Assembly (NCBI GenBank): GCA_002773395.1
Contig: PFBI01000004.1
Coordinates: 78,615-134,442 of the forward strand
DNA length: 55,828 nucleotides
Origin: Candidatus Kaiserbacteria bacterium CG10_big_fil_rev_8_21_14_0_10_47_16
GTDB lineage: Bacteria > Patescibacteriota > Minisyncoccia > Phycocordibacterales > UBA918
Reading direction: 5' to 3'
Positions 9,419-17,886 of this stretch are shown here, piece by piece (the first letter of the stretch is position 1; each line of letters opens with the position of its first letter). The position numbers and the translations under genes were made by a program. The notes under the pieces are model-generated. The model was not told the DNA's origin. It searched no databases and saw nothing but the letters and a program-made list of their open reading frames with translations.

Positions 9419-10468
9419 CTAGTCTTTTTTAAGAATCTTTGCAAAATTATGTTTTTTTCGTTTTTTCCAAGATCCGGTATGGTATGCATAACCAGCAAGT
9501 AGTGGCAGAGACGCGGTAGCTTCTGTGAAGACCATTTGCTCGTACACTCGATCCACTTTCCCCCATGAATGAGCTTCTTTCAGCGTTGACCCTGAGAGAG
9601 CTCCATCACGAGCATCAGCAACCGTAAGTTGCACCGTGTATTTGTGCATTGGTACTTCTTGACCGAGAATTTCAGCGCAGATGATAGTATCAGCAGTAAA
9701 GTTTTTTGGTACCCCTCCCCCGATCATAAGTACACCAGATGTACCGGATTTCATTTTAATGCGTGTTACATCATGGAAGTCTCGGACTGAATCAATGGTG
9801 ACATGTGCATCAGGGCGTTCGACTTGGTGTTTTACTAAACCAAAGCCTGCACTTGAATCAGAGAATGCTGGACAAAAAATAGGCACATTATTTTCGTATG
9901 CACGTTGGATAAGAGAATCTTTCTTTTTTGCACGTTTTGGATTTTGAGAAAGCCATTTACCAATTTCCCAAATAAATTCTTGAGAAGAGTACGGTCTTGG
10001 CTCAAGAGTGTCGGCAATTTCACGTATTACCATATCGGTGACCTGGAGTTCTTCTTCGTCGATGTAGGTATCGTAAATACGGTCAATGTAAAGCTTGCGC
10101 AGCTTCCCATCATCTTCGAAAGGGCTCCCGTGATAATGGTTGAAGCCAAGTGCTTCAAGAAGGTCCATGTCAATGATGCTCGCACCGGTTGAAACGATAA
10201 CGTCTACCATATTGTTTTTTACGAGGTCGACGTATATCTGCATACATCCTGCAGCACTGGTGCTTCCAGCAAGCGTAAGAAATATTCCGCAGTTTTTGTC
10301 TTTGAGCATCATGTCATAGATTTCACTTGCACGCGCAAGATCGCGGGCAGAAAATGACATTTCGCGCATATCTTTGATGAGCGCACGAGTATCATGCTTT
10401 GTAATATCAATATGCTTTACCTTTTTACTCAGTAATTTTCTTCTTTCCGCGATATCTTTTTTATTCAT
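9419..10468 (-). CDS. Deoxyhypusine synthase-like protein
   Basis: 349-aa ORF with features typical of the DHS family: LTLAGSTSAAG, VSTGASIIDMD and GGGVPKNF. Confidence 0.8.
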   Translation of the reverse strand: MNKKDIAERRKLLSKKVKHIDITKHDTRALIKDMREMSFSARDLARASEIYDMMLKDKNCGIFLTLAGSTSAAGCMQIYVDLVKNNMVDVIVSTGASIIDMDLLEALGFNHYHGSPFEDDGKLRKLYIDRIYDTYIDEEELQVTDMVIREIADTLEPRPYSSQEFIWEIGKWLSQNPKRAKKKDSLIQRAYENNVPIFCPAFSDSSAGFGLVKHQVERPDAHVTIDSVRDFHDVTRIKMKSGTSGVLMIGGGVPKNFTADTIICAEILGQEVPMHKYTVQLTVADARDGALSGSTLKEAHSWGKVDRVYEQMVFTEATASLPLLAGYAYHTGSWKKRKKHNFAKILKKD

Positions 10469-10484
10469 ATATTCAATTAGTTAA

Positions 10485-10967
10485 TTACCACGCCTCGCGC
10501 TGGTAGACTGCAAGTGTCATTGCACACACCGGTTTATCAATACATGTTGCAGACGCAACTTCATATTCTACCTCGCCCCACGTATAGTCTGTGCGGTACT
10601 CCATCATGGATTGGAGTGAATGTTTGATTTGTGAGATAACATCTTCTTTTGACCCTCCTGTGTGTTCAACAAATAGCCCCCATGACGGTTCTTCTGTGGT
10701 CATTACCCAACCCAAACCAGCAGCGATAGTAGTGTCAGGAATACTAGTACGTTGCTCTGCATAGACACAATAAATTCGATCACCTTGAAACTGGCCGTTG
10801 TAATTAACGGCTTCTTTTTTTACGGTTGTATTAAGAGGGACAACAGATGAGAGGTGGATTAGATTGTGGTCACCAACACCTAGGTTCCAAAGCGCATTAT
10901 CAAATGCCGCAAGTTCTGTTAAACCTTCTCCAGTTTTGCCTGAAACAAAAATATCCATACGTATCAA
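10485..10967 (-). CDS. pdaD: Pyruvoyl-dependent arginine decarboxylase
   Basis: 160-aa ORF. TELAAFDNALWNLGVGDHNLIHLSSVVP contains the Ser-Ser self-processing site characteristic of PvlArgDC. Confidence 0.8.
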   Translation of the reverse strand: MIRMDIFVSGKTGEGLTELAAFDNALWNLGVGDHNLIHLSSVVPLNTTVKKEAVNYNGQFQGDRIYCVYAEQRTSIPDTTIAAGLGWVMTTEEPSWGLFVEHTGGSKEDVISQIKHSLQSMMEYRTDYTWGEVEYEVASATCIDKPVCAMTLAVYQREAW

Positions 10968-11032
10968 TAATTATCTTTTCTTGTATTTATGAGGGTACCA
11001 TCTCTTGTTCAAAGAGCAAGATGGGTACGTTA

Positions 11033-11509
11033 TTACAGAAAGAAAAGGCCGATGAGGGGGATGATGAGCCACCAGAAGAAGCGGTCTTGTGGGGCGAAGA
11101 TTTCTTGGATATGTGAACCGGGAGTGATAAGGTCGGTTACAGGGAGAACGTGGTAGCTGTACGCCATTATGAGAATGGATGCCATGAGCGCAAAGAGAAT
11201 TTTCTTCCAGAATCCCTCAAAGGCGCTCTCGTAGGAATCGGTCGGCATCAGGCGACCAAACATAAATGTAGCCGCTATCGTAAAGAAAGCAAAGAGAGCG
11301 ATCATTGGTATCGTTCGGCTCTCAAAGTTTCCGAAGAGTGCGTCGTAGTATGGAAATTTGAGTGAGATGAGGAGTGCAAAGTAAAGACCGAGAATAAGGT
11401 TTACGACTGCTGCCCGACCGCGCACCATTGCATATAAAAGTGCGGCGGCAAATACGATAATGAGATAAAGTAAATCTTGCAGCAGTGCGACGATGCTTTG
11501 TGTATCCAT
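11033..11509 (-). CDS. Membrane protein, 4 TM (CvpA-like size and topology, family uncertain)
   Basis: 158-aa hydrophobic ORF. Confidence 0.55.
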   Translation of the reverse strand: MDTQSIVALLQDLLYLIIVFAAALLYAMVRGRAAVVNLILGLYFALLISLKFPYYDALFGNFESRTIPMIALFAFFTIAATFMFGRLMPTDSYESAFEGFWKKILFALMASILIMAYSYHVLPVTDLITPGSHIQEIFAPQDRFFWWLIIPLIGLFFL

Positions 11510-11529
11510 GGATTATATTATACGTCTAC

Positions 11530-11553
11530 AAAAGCCTCCGTGTGGAGGCTTTT
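11530..11553 (-). terminator. Rho-independent terminator-like hairpin (AGCCTCC-GTGT-GGAGGCT) flanked by A and T runs
   Basis: 7-bp GC-rich stem checked by hand. TTTTG follows on the minus strand. Confidence 0.6.
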
Positions 11554-11557
11554 GTGT

Positions 11558-11735
11558 ATAGTTTTTCTTAACGCTAGACTCACAAGTTACTAAATAAAAT
11601 TTTAAGTTCCTTAAAATTGTATTAAGTACTCGCGAGCCCACCTCGCAGTTTTTGGTTTTAAATATAAGCGAAAACATGGCTCCGCCTCATCTAGCTAAAA
11701 AACTATCCGCAGGGATAGTTTTTCTTAACGCTAGA
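11558..11735. repeat. Copy A of a dispersed non-coding element: a 136-bp insert bounded by a perfect 21-bp direct repeat ATAGTTTTTCTTAACGCTAGA (11558-11578 and 11715-11735)
   Basis: The direct repeat was checked base by base. The right copy overlaps the dnaJ stop codon. The interior shares the blocks CTCACAAGTTACTAA, TTAAGTACTCGCGAGCCCACCTCG and GCGAAAACATGGCTCCGCC with copies B, C and D. Confidence 0.85.
11697..11723 (-). terminator. dnaJ terminator, bidirectional hairpin (A6-CTATCC-GCAG-GGATAG-T5)
   Basis: It starts 8 nt downstream of the dnaJ stop. The stem was checked by hand. Confidence 0.7.
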
Positions 11736-12789
11736 TGCCCTCTTCTTTCAGTTGCTCGATAAGCTTCTTTGCTTGCTTGGAAAGTTTTTGTGGAATATCG
11801 ATTGCAATCTTTACAATGAAATCTCCACGCTTACTCCCTGCGCCAGGGACACCTTTGTTTTTAATACGAAGCATTTCGCCGTGTTTAATTCCTTCAGGAA
11901 TCTTCAGTGTGACGTTGCCATCGAGCGTTTCAACTTGGTAGGAACCGCCAAGAAGCGCATCAGAGAGCTTGATATTGAGAATACTCATAAGCTGCGTTCC
12001 TTCGCGTGCAATCGTTGCATGACGCTCAACGTGGATCTTGATGTAGAGGTCCCCGGGAGTACCGTTTGAGATCGCTTCCCCGCGACCAGTCATACGGATC
12101 ATTTCTCCGTTTTCAATGCCGGCAGGAATTGAAATTTCGATTTGTTCGCTACTGCGCTTGATGCCGTGACCATTACATTCGGAACATGGTTCTTTTGGCA
12201 CCTTCCCTTTTCCATTACAGGTTGAACACTCACGTACCGTGGTAAATGCACCGAGAATAGATTGGCGAGTCTCACGAATCTTCCCGTTTCCATTACAGGT
12301 ACTACACGTCGTCATTTCACTTCCCTTCTTTGCGCCAGTACCGTCACACGTCTCACAGACATTGTTCTTTGTGAGTGTTACCGTGCGCTTGGTCCCGAAG
12401 ACTGCTTCCTTGAACGAAAGTTGAATATCAATTGAAATGTCGTTTCCGCGAGCTTGTTGCGCACGTCCGCCACCAAAACCTCCGCCGAACATGTCGCCGA
12501 AGTTTTCAAAAATGTCGTTGATGTCGAACTCTGCGCCCTGCGCACCACCCCAGTTGAAACCGCCGGCACCTTGTGCGCCGCCTGCGTATGATCGGCCGTA
12601 GGTATCGTATTCAGCACGCTTCTTGTCATCAGAGAGGACAGAGTACGCTTCACTGAGTTCTTTGAACTTCGCTTCATCACCCCCTTTTTTGTCAGGGTGG
12701 TACTTCGCGGCAAGTCTGCGGAATGCCTTTTTTACCTCATCTTTTGATGAGCCTTTTTCAACCTCGAGAATCTTATAGTAGTCTTTCAT
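11731..12789 (-). CDS. dnaJ: Chaperone DnaJ
   Basis: J-domain HPD (KYHPDKK), a G/F-rich linker and four CxxCxGxG repeats (CETCDGTG, CSTCNGNG, CSTCNGKG, CSECNGHG). Confidence 0.95.
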   Translation of the reverse strand: MKDYYKILEVEKGSSKDEVKKAFRRLAAKYHPDKKGGDEAKFKELSEAYSVLSDDKKRAEYDTYGRSYAGGAQGAGGFNWGGAQGAEFDINDIFENFGDMFGGGFGGGRAQQARGNDISIDIQLSFKEAVFGTKRTVTLTKNNVCETCDGTGAKKGSEMTTCSTCNGNGKIRETRQSILGAFTTVRECSTCNGKGKVPKEPCSECNGHGIKRSSEQIEISIPAGIENGEMIRMTGRGEAISNGTPGDLYIKIHVERHATIAREGTQLMSILNIKLSDALLGGSYQVETLDGNVTLKIPEGIKHGEMLRIKNKGVPGAGSKRGDFIVKIAIDIPQKLSKQAKKLIEQLKEEGI

Positions 12790-12872
12790 AGTTATGGAGT
12801 GTTACGTGAGTGGCATTATGGCATAAAGCGCATAGCGGCGCAAAACCCTCTGGGTTTTGCGCCGCTCGCACA

Positions 12873-14780
12873 CTATTTTGCTTCGTCGTCCTTTTTTTCA
12901 GCCTCCCCTCCTTCATCCGTTACCTCAGCGTCACGCGTGTTTGCTTCGTCTGCGTTTGGTGCTGCCTCTGCACTTTGTCCAGCTGCTGCCATCGCTTCAC
13001 CAATCTTTTGCATTTCAGTCGAGAGCGCTTCCGTTGCAGATACAATCGTGTCTTTGTCATCTTTTCCTGCTGCTTCGCGAAGTGCAGTAATTTTCTCTTC
13101 GATACTTGTTTTCACTGCTGCGTCTACCTTATCTCCATGATCCTTCACGGCTTTTTCTGCAGTGTAGATCATTTGTTCAGCAAGGTTGCGTGCTTCAACG
13201 AGTTCTTTCTTTTTTGTATCTTCGTCCGCATGTGCTACTGCATCTTTCTGCATTCGCTCGATGTCTTCTTCTGAAAGTCCTGAGTTTGCTTCGATACGAA
13301 TTGATTGTTCCTTGCCGGTCGTTTTGTCTTTTGCGGTTACATTGAGTACACCGTTACTGTCGACATCGAAACTCACCTCAACCTGTGGCATACCTCGTGG
13401 CGCTGGTGGAATGCCGTCGAGTACAAATCGTCCGAGTGACTTATTGTCCGACGCCATTGGACGCTCACCTTGGGTAATGTGAATTTCAGTTGATGTCTGG
13501 TTGTCTGCCGCTGTTGAGAATACTTGCGACTTCTGCGTTGGAATGTGTGTATTCTTTTCGATAAGCTTCGTCGCAACACCACCCATTGTTTCAATACCGA
13601 GTGAGAGAGGAATCACGTCAACGAGCGTGATGTCCTGCACATCACCTTGGAAGATACCTGCCTGAATAGCTGCGCCGAGCGCCACTACCTCATCAGGGTT
13701 GATTGTCTTGTTTGGTTCTTTTCCAAAGAGTTCCTTTACCGCGTTCACGATCGCTGGCATACGTGTCTGTCCGCCGACGAGAATGATTTCATCGATATCT
13801 TCTTTCTTGAATGGAGACGCTTCGAGTGCGCGCTTGGTGATTTCCATTGAGCGATCAATGTACTCTGCGGCAAGATCCTCAAGCTTTGAACGTGTGAGTG
13901 TGAGGAGAAGGTGCTTTGGACCTTCTGCGTCAGAGGTGATGAATGGAATGTTGATTTCGGTATCGCCCGTCGTTGAGAGTTCGAGCTTTGCCTTCTCGGC
14001 TGCTTCGTCGAGTCGCTGAAGTGCGAGTTTGTCCTTTCCGAGATCAATACCTTCACTCTTTTTAAATTCATCGATAAGGTACCGTACGATTTTTTGATCG
14101 ATATCACGTCCTCCCATGTGTGCGTCCCCATCTGTTGACTGTACTTCAACGACGTCATCACCCACTTCAAGTACGGTTACGTCGAACGTACCGCCTCCGA
14201 AGTCGTACACCACAATCTTCTCGTCTTTCTTTTTATTAAATCCATACGCGAGCGCAGCTGCAGTTGGCTCGTTGATGATGCGACGCACCTCAAGACCTGC
14301 AATCTTTCCTGCGTCTTGTGTTGCCTTACGCTGCGCGTCATTGAAGTAGGCCGGTACGGTAATAACCGCTTCGGTAATTTTTTCGCCAATTTTTGCCTCT
14401 GCATCAGCTTTGAGCTTTGAAAGGATCATCGCAGACACTTCCTCAGGACGGTAATCCTTCTCACCCATAACCACCACAGCGCCGCCGTCAGGACCTTTCT
14501 TAACTTCGTACGGTACCATTTCTTTGTCACCCTGCACTGCCTTCTCGTCGAAATTATGACCCATGAAACGCTTAATACCGTAAATAGTATTGTGCGGGTT
14601 TGTAACAGCCTGACGCTTTGCAATCTGTCCTGCGAGTCGTTCTTTTGTTTTTGAAATAGCGACGACCGATGGTGTCGTGCGGGTACCTTCAGCATTCTCA
14701 ATGATTGTTGGTTCACCACCTTCGATGATTGCCATTGCAGAGTTTGTTGTACCGAGATCGATTCCTAGAATTTTTGCCAT
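12873..14780 (-). CDS. dnaK: Chaperone DnaK (Hsp70)
   Basis: 635-aa ORF with [17 protein letters not shown] and an acidic C-terminal tail. Confidence 0.97.
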   Translation of the reverse strand: MAKILGIDLGTTNSAMAIIEGGEPTIIENAEGTRTTPSVVAISKTKERLAGQIAKRQAVTNPHNTIYGIKRFMGHNFDEKAVQGDKEMVPYEVKKGPDGGAVVVMGEKDYRPEEVSAMILSKLKADAEAKIGEKITEAVITVPAYFNDAQRKATQDAGKIAGLEVRRIINEPTAAALAYGFNKKKDEKIVVYDFGGGTFDVTVLEVGDDVVEVQSTDGDAHMGGRDIDQKIVRYLIDEFKKSEGIDLGKDKLALQRLDEAAEKAKLELSTTGDTEINIPFITSDAEGPKHLLLTLTRSKLEDLAAEYIDRSMEITKRALEASPFKKEDIDEIILVGGQTRMPAIVNAVKELFGKEPNKTINPDEVVALGAAIQAGIFQGDVQDITLVDVIPLSLGIETMGGVATKLIEKNTHIPTQKSQVFSTAADNQTSTEIHITQGERPMASDNKSLGRFVLDGIPPAPRGMPQVEVSFDVDSNGVLNVTAKDKTTGKEQSIRIEANSGLSEEDIERMQKDAVAHADEDTKKKELVEARNLAEQMIYTAEKAVKDHGDKVDAAVKTSIEEKITALREAAGKDDKDTIVSATEALSTEMQKIGEAMAAAGQSAEAAPNADEANTRDAEVTDEGGEAEKKDDEAK

Positions 14781-14809
14781 AAGTATTTCAAATTATATTT
14801 CCGATAGTG

Positions 14810-15400
14810 TTACTCCTGTGCTCCCACGGTGACGCGTGCGTGACGGATGATGGTGTCACCTCGTTTGTATCCTTCCTGTAAGACTGCGATGACAGTGTCT
14901 ACTTGCTGCTCGTCGGTGACGGGCACATTGGATACTGCTTCATGTTCGTGTGGATTGAAGTGGGCTCCCACCGCTTCAAGTTTGCTCACGCCGTTTGCTT
15001 TCAGAATGTTCATGAGTTGGGCGTGAATCCCCTCAACTCCCTTCCGCCATTTCTCGTCGGCGCTCTGCCACGAGGGGCTCCCCATGGCCATATCGAAGCT
15101 GTCTGCGAGTGGAAGTAGTTCTTCGATGTGGCGCTCGGTAATACGCTCTCTGTCTCGTGCGAGTTGGTCCTCAAGCCGCCGTTTGCTATTGAGGAAGTCC
15201 GCTTTTGTTCGCTGGAGTTCCTCAAGAGCTGCACGCTTTGCTTCTTCTGCATCGGCAAGCTTCGCGCGTAGTTGCTTCATTTTCCCTCCTGCTAATGATT
15301 CTTCTTCTTCGAGCTCCATATCTTCAGGAGCCTCGCCGATATCTTCAAATGCAATATCGTCCTCCATCCGGAGGGATTTTTTATCTTTTCGTTCCTCCAT
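14810..15400 (-). CDS. grpE: Nucleotide exchange factor GrpE
   Basis: 196-aa ORF with an acidic N-terminus, a coiled coil and FNPHEHEAV. It is the first gene of the grpE-dnaK-dnaJ order. Confidence 0.85.
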   Translation of the reverse strand: MEERKDKKSLRMEDDIAFEDIGEAPEDMELEEEESLAGGKMKQLRAKLADAEEAKRAALEELQRTKADFLNSKRRLEDQLARDRERITERHIEELLPLADSFDMAMGSPSWQSADEKWRKGVEGIHAQLMNILKANGVSKLEAVGAHFNPHEHEAVSNVPVTDEQQVDTVIAVLQEGYKRGDTIIRHARVTVGAQE

Positions 15401-15409
15401 AATATACGC

Positions 15410-15438
15410 ATTATAAATGAAAAAAAGGTGCGTGTCAA
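15410..15438 (-). promoter_or_regulatory. Consensus sigma70 promoter TTGACA-N17-TATAAT for grpE-dnaK-dnaJ
   Basis: The minus strand reads TTGACAcgcacctttttttcattTATAATgcgtatattATG. The -10 element ends 9 nt before the annotated grpE ATG. Confidence 0.7.
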
Positions 15439-15460
15439 AAATGCGAAAAAGAAATTTTTA

Positions 15461-15672
15461 TTAACGTTTTAGTCACAAGTTGGTCATCGCTTCCCTCCCG
15501 AGTTGCTAAATAAAATACTTCACTACGTTCGTATTTATATTAAGCACTCTTGAGCACGCCTCGTTTGTGAAATAGTCCCCCAGACTATTTCACTACATTA
15601 GGAATAGTAAAAACATGACTCCGGCCGTCCAAGCGCAAAAAATGCCGCGAAGGCGGCATTTTTGTTAACGCT
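15461..15672. repeat. Copy B of the dispersed non-coding element (between rpsI and the grpE promoter)
   Basis: It starts at TTAACG and contains GTCACAAGTT, TTCACTACGTTCGTA, TTAAGCACTCTTGAGCACGCCTCG and AAAACATGACTCCGGCC. It ends with the hairpin A6-TGCCGC-GAAG-GCGGCA-T5 (15637-15663) followed by GTTAACGCT. Confidence 0.75.
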
Positions 15673-15747
15673 TTGTCCTCCTCGGCCTGCTTCGGCATTC
15701 GCCTCAGATTGGCCGCCCCTATCGGGGACAGAGTAAACGATAAGAAA

Positions 15748-16146
15748 TTATCGTTTACTCCAAGCTGGTCGCTTGCGAGCTTTTCGGAGACCGAACTTCT
15801 TTCGTTCTACTGAACGTGGGTCACGCTTGAGGAATCCGAGTGGTTTGAGGATAGATCGTCGTGACGCCTTCTCTTCGACGAGTGCGCGAGCAATACCGAG
15901 TCGGATTGCTTCTGCCTGTGATGAGAGACCGCCACCGTACACCTTTGCGGTAATTGAGTAGTGCTCGATACCTGCATCTTCAGCTTCAAGTACTGAACGT
16001 ACATCTGCCTGCAATGCTCCCTGACGGAAATATTCATCGAGTGACTTCTCGTTTACAACAATCTTTGTCTCCTTGGCAGGAGTAAGACGCACGCGTGCTG
16101 TTGCGGTTTTTCGTCGTCCGATTCCTTCTACGTATTTGTCTGCCAT
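15748..16146 (-). CDS. rpsI: 30S ribosomal protein S9
   Basis: 132-aa ORF with GGGLSSQAEAIRLGIARAL and the C-terminal KRPAWSKR. Confidence 0.95.
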   Translation of the reverse strand: MADKYVEGIGRRKTATARVRLTPAKETKIVVNEKSLDEYFRQGALQADVRSVLEAEDAGIEHYSITAKVYGGGLSSQAEAIRLGIARALVEEKASRRSILKPLGFLKRDPRSVERKKFGLRKARKRPAWSKR

Positions 16147-16154
16147 ATAAATAA

Positions 16155-16520
16155 TTACTCGGTTACGATTAGATTCTTCATGCGTGGCTTGTGGAGCTTG
16201 TTCTTTGGAAGCATACCACCGATTACTCGGGTAAGTACCTCTCCGTATCCACGTCGGTTTGCAAGGTGTCCAAGTGTTTCTACCTTCCGTCCACTTGGGT
16301 GTCCTGAGTATGTTTGAAATTCTTCTGTTGCTCGCTTCTCAGAGATATCGAGCTTACTCGCGTTTGTGATGAGTACTTTCACTGCTACCGTAACGTGCTT
16401 TGCGAAGTTTGTCTGATCCTTACCAAGAAGAATAGACGCAGCTTCAGTTGCCACACGTCCGAGACGCTTCCCTGTTGCGTCGATAGTGTATTCTCGTGTT
16501 GTCGTTGTTTTTTCTGTCAT
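16155..16520 (-). CDS. rplM: 50S ribosomal protein L13
   Basis: 121-aa ORF upstream of rpsI with an L13-like sequence (GRVATEAASILLGK, MLPKNKL). Confidence 0.9.
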   Translation of the reverse strand: MTEKTTTTREYTIDATGKRLGRVATEAASILLGKDQTNFAKHVTVAVKVLITNASKLDISEKRATEEFQTYSGHPSGRKVETLGHLANRRGYGEVLTRVIGGMLPKNKLHKPRMKNLIVTE

Positions 16521-16525
16521 ACGCG

Positions 16526-16879
16526 TTATACAAGTTCAATTACGGCTTCGGTACGGCCAGCACTTGTAAGGCCGAGTTTGATAATACGAGTGTACCCACC
16601 AGCGCGCTCTTTGTATGAGGGTCCGATTTCATCAAAAAGCTTCTTGATGATTGCGTCTTGTGGTTCTCCAAGCACTGATGCAGCTTGGCGGCGTGCTGCA
16701 ACGGTTGCCTTCTTCCCTGTTGTGATGAGTTTCTCAATGAATGGGCGGAGTTCCTTTGCACGTGCTTCTGTTGTTTGGATTTTGCCTTTTTCAATAAGAG
16801 AAATAGCAAGGCCACGAATAAGAGCCGTGCGCCCTCGGCGCGTTCGTCCTAATGTTCGGTTTTTTACGTGGTGTTGCAT
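16526..16879 (-). CDS. rplQ: 50S ribosomal protein L17
   Basis: 117-aa ORF after rpoA with RTRRGRTALIRGLAISLIEKGKIQTT. Confidence 0.9.
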   Translation of the reverse strand: MQHHVKNRTLGRTRRGRTALIRGLAISLIEKGKIQTTEARAKELRPFIEKLITTGKKATVAARRQAASVLGEPQDAIIKKLFDEIGPSYKERAGGYTRIIKLGLTSAGRTEAVIELV

Positions 16880-16888
16880 GGTTCTTAC

Positions 16889-17851
16889 TTAATCTTTAAG
16901 GCTGAGGCCGAGAGTTTTAAGGACGACTTCGATTTCATCGAGTCCTTTGTCGCCAATACCATCGAGCGCTAGAATATCATCTTTTTTCTTTCGCACAAGG
17001 CCACCGACCGTTCGGATACTCGCTTCCTCGAGTGCGTTTGCTGTACGAGTGCTGAGATCAAGAGTTTCAATACGTGTCTTGAGCGCATCAGTGTCTACAG
17101 ATTCGTCCTCGTCTTCACTCGGTGCGTCAGTTGTTTCTGCCACTTCTTCCTCTCGTTCTTCTTGGAATCCGATCACTGACTTGAGTTGGTGAATCATGAT
17201 TTCAATAGACTGTTCAAGTGCTTCACGTGGAGACACTGTCCCGTCAGTTTCAAGGACGATGCGAAGTCGGTTGTAATCAGTACGATCACCGACACGCATG
17301 TTCTCTACTTCGTAGTTTACACGGCGGATTGGAGTGAATACCGCATCGAGTGCGATGGTACCAATGTCCACCTTATCGCGCTGGTGGATTTCTCGGGGTA
17401 CGTAGCCGAGTCCGTGTTCAACCGTCATTTCGATTTCAAGTGAACCGCTCTTTGCAGTAATTTCTGCAATTGGCTGTTCAGGATTGAGGATTTCAATCTG
17501 ACTTGGCACCGTGATGTCTCCTGCAGTGATAATACCTTCACCTGAGGCTTTCAGTGTCATCGTGAGCGGCTCTGCTGAGTGTGACGCAATACGGATACGC
17601 TTGAGGTTAAGGAGGATGGTAATAACATCTTCCTTGATGTGATCAACAGCTTCGAACTCATGTCCGACACCATCAATTTTCACTTGTGTAATCGCAGCAC
17701 CTGGAAGTGATGAGAGAATAATACGACGAAGTGAGTTACCAAGTGTGTGGCCATACCCTGGGTAAAGACCGTCAATTTCATAAATCCCCCGAAATTCTTC
17801 TTCGGATACGACTCGTGGCTTTGATGGTAGTGATACATTTGTGTCTAACAT
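16889..17851 (-). CDS. rpoA: DNA-directed RNA polymerase alpha subunit
   Basis: 320-aa ORF with an NTD (GYGHTLGNSLRRILLSS-like), an acidic linker and a CTD (LDLSTRTANALEEASIRTVGGL). Confidence 0.95.
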   Translation of the reverse strand: MLDTNVSLPSKPRVVSEEEFRGIYEIDGLYPGYGHTLGNSLRRIILSSLPGAAITQVKIDGVGHEFEAVDHIKEDVITILLNLKRIRIASHSAEPLTMTLKASGEGIITAGDITVPSQIEILNPEQPIAEITAKSGSLEIEMTVEHGLGYVPREIHQRDKVDIGTIALDAVFTPIRRVNYEVENMRVGDRTDYNRLRIVLETDGTVSPREALEQSIEIMIHQLKSVIGFQEEREEEVAETTDAPSEDEDESVDTDALKTRIETLDLSTRTANALEEASIRTVGGLVRKKKDDILALDGIGDKGLDEIEVVLKTLGLSLKD

Positions 17852-17886
17852 GGTGAAGTAATTAGTATTGAATAACTACGGTTCAA

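Noticed and set aside
12799-14349. Series of plus-strand ORFs (12810..13274, 13186..13482, 13699..14019, 14116..14349 and others)
   Set aside because: All lie antisense to dnaK and give Ser/Cys/Phe-rich low-complexity translations.
15401-15747. CIRCE (HrcA operator) upstream of grpE
   Set aside because: No TTAGCACTC-N9-GAGTGCTAA inverted repeat is present. TTAAGCACTCTTGAGCAC in element copy B resembles one half-site only.
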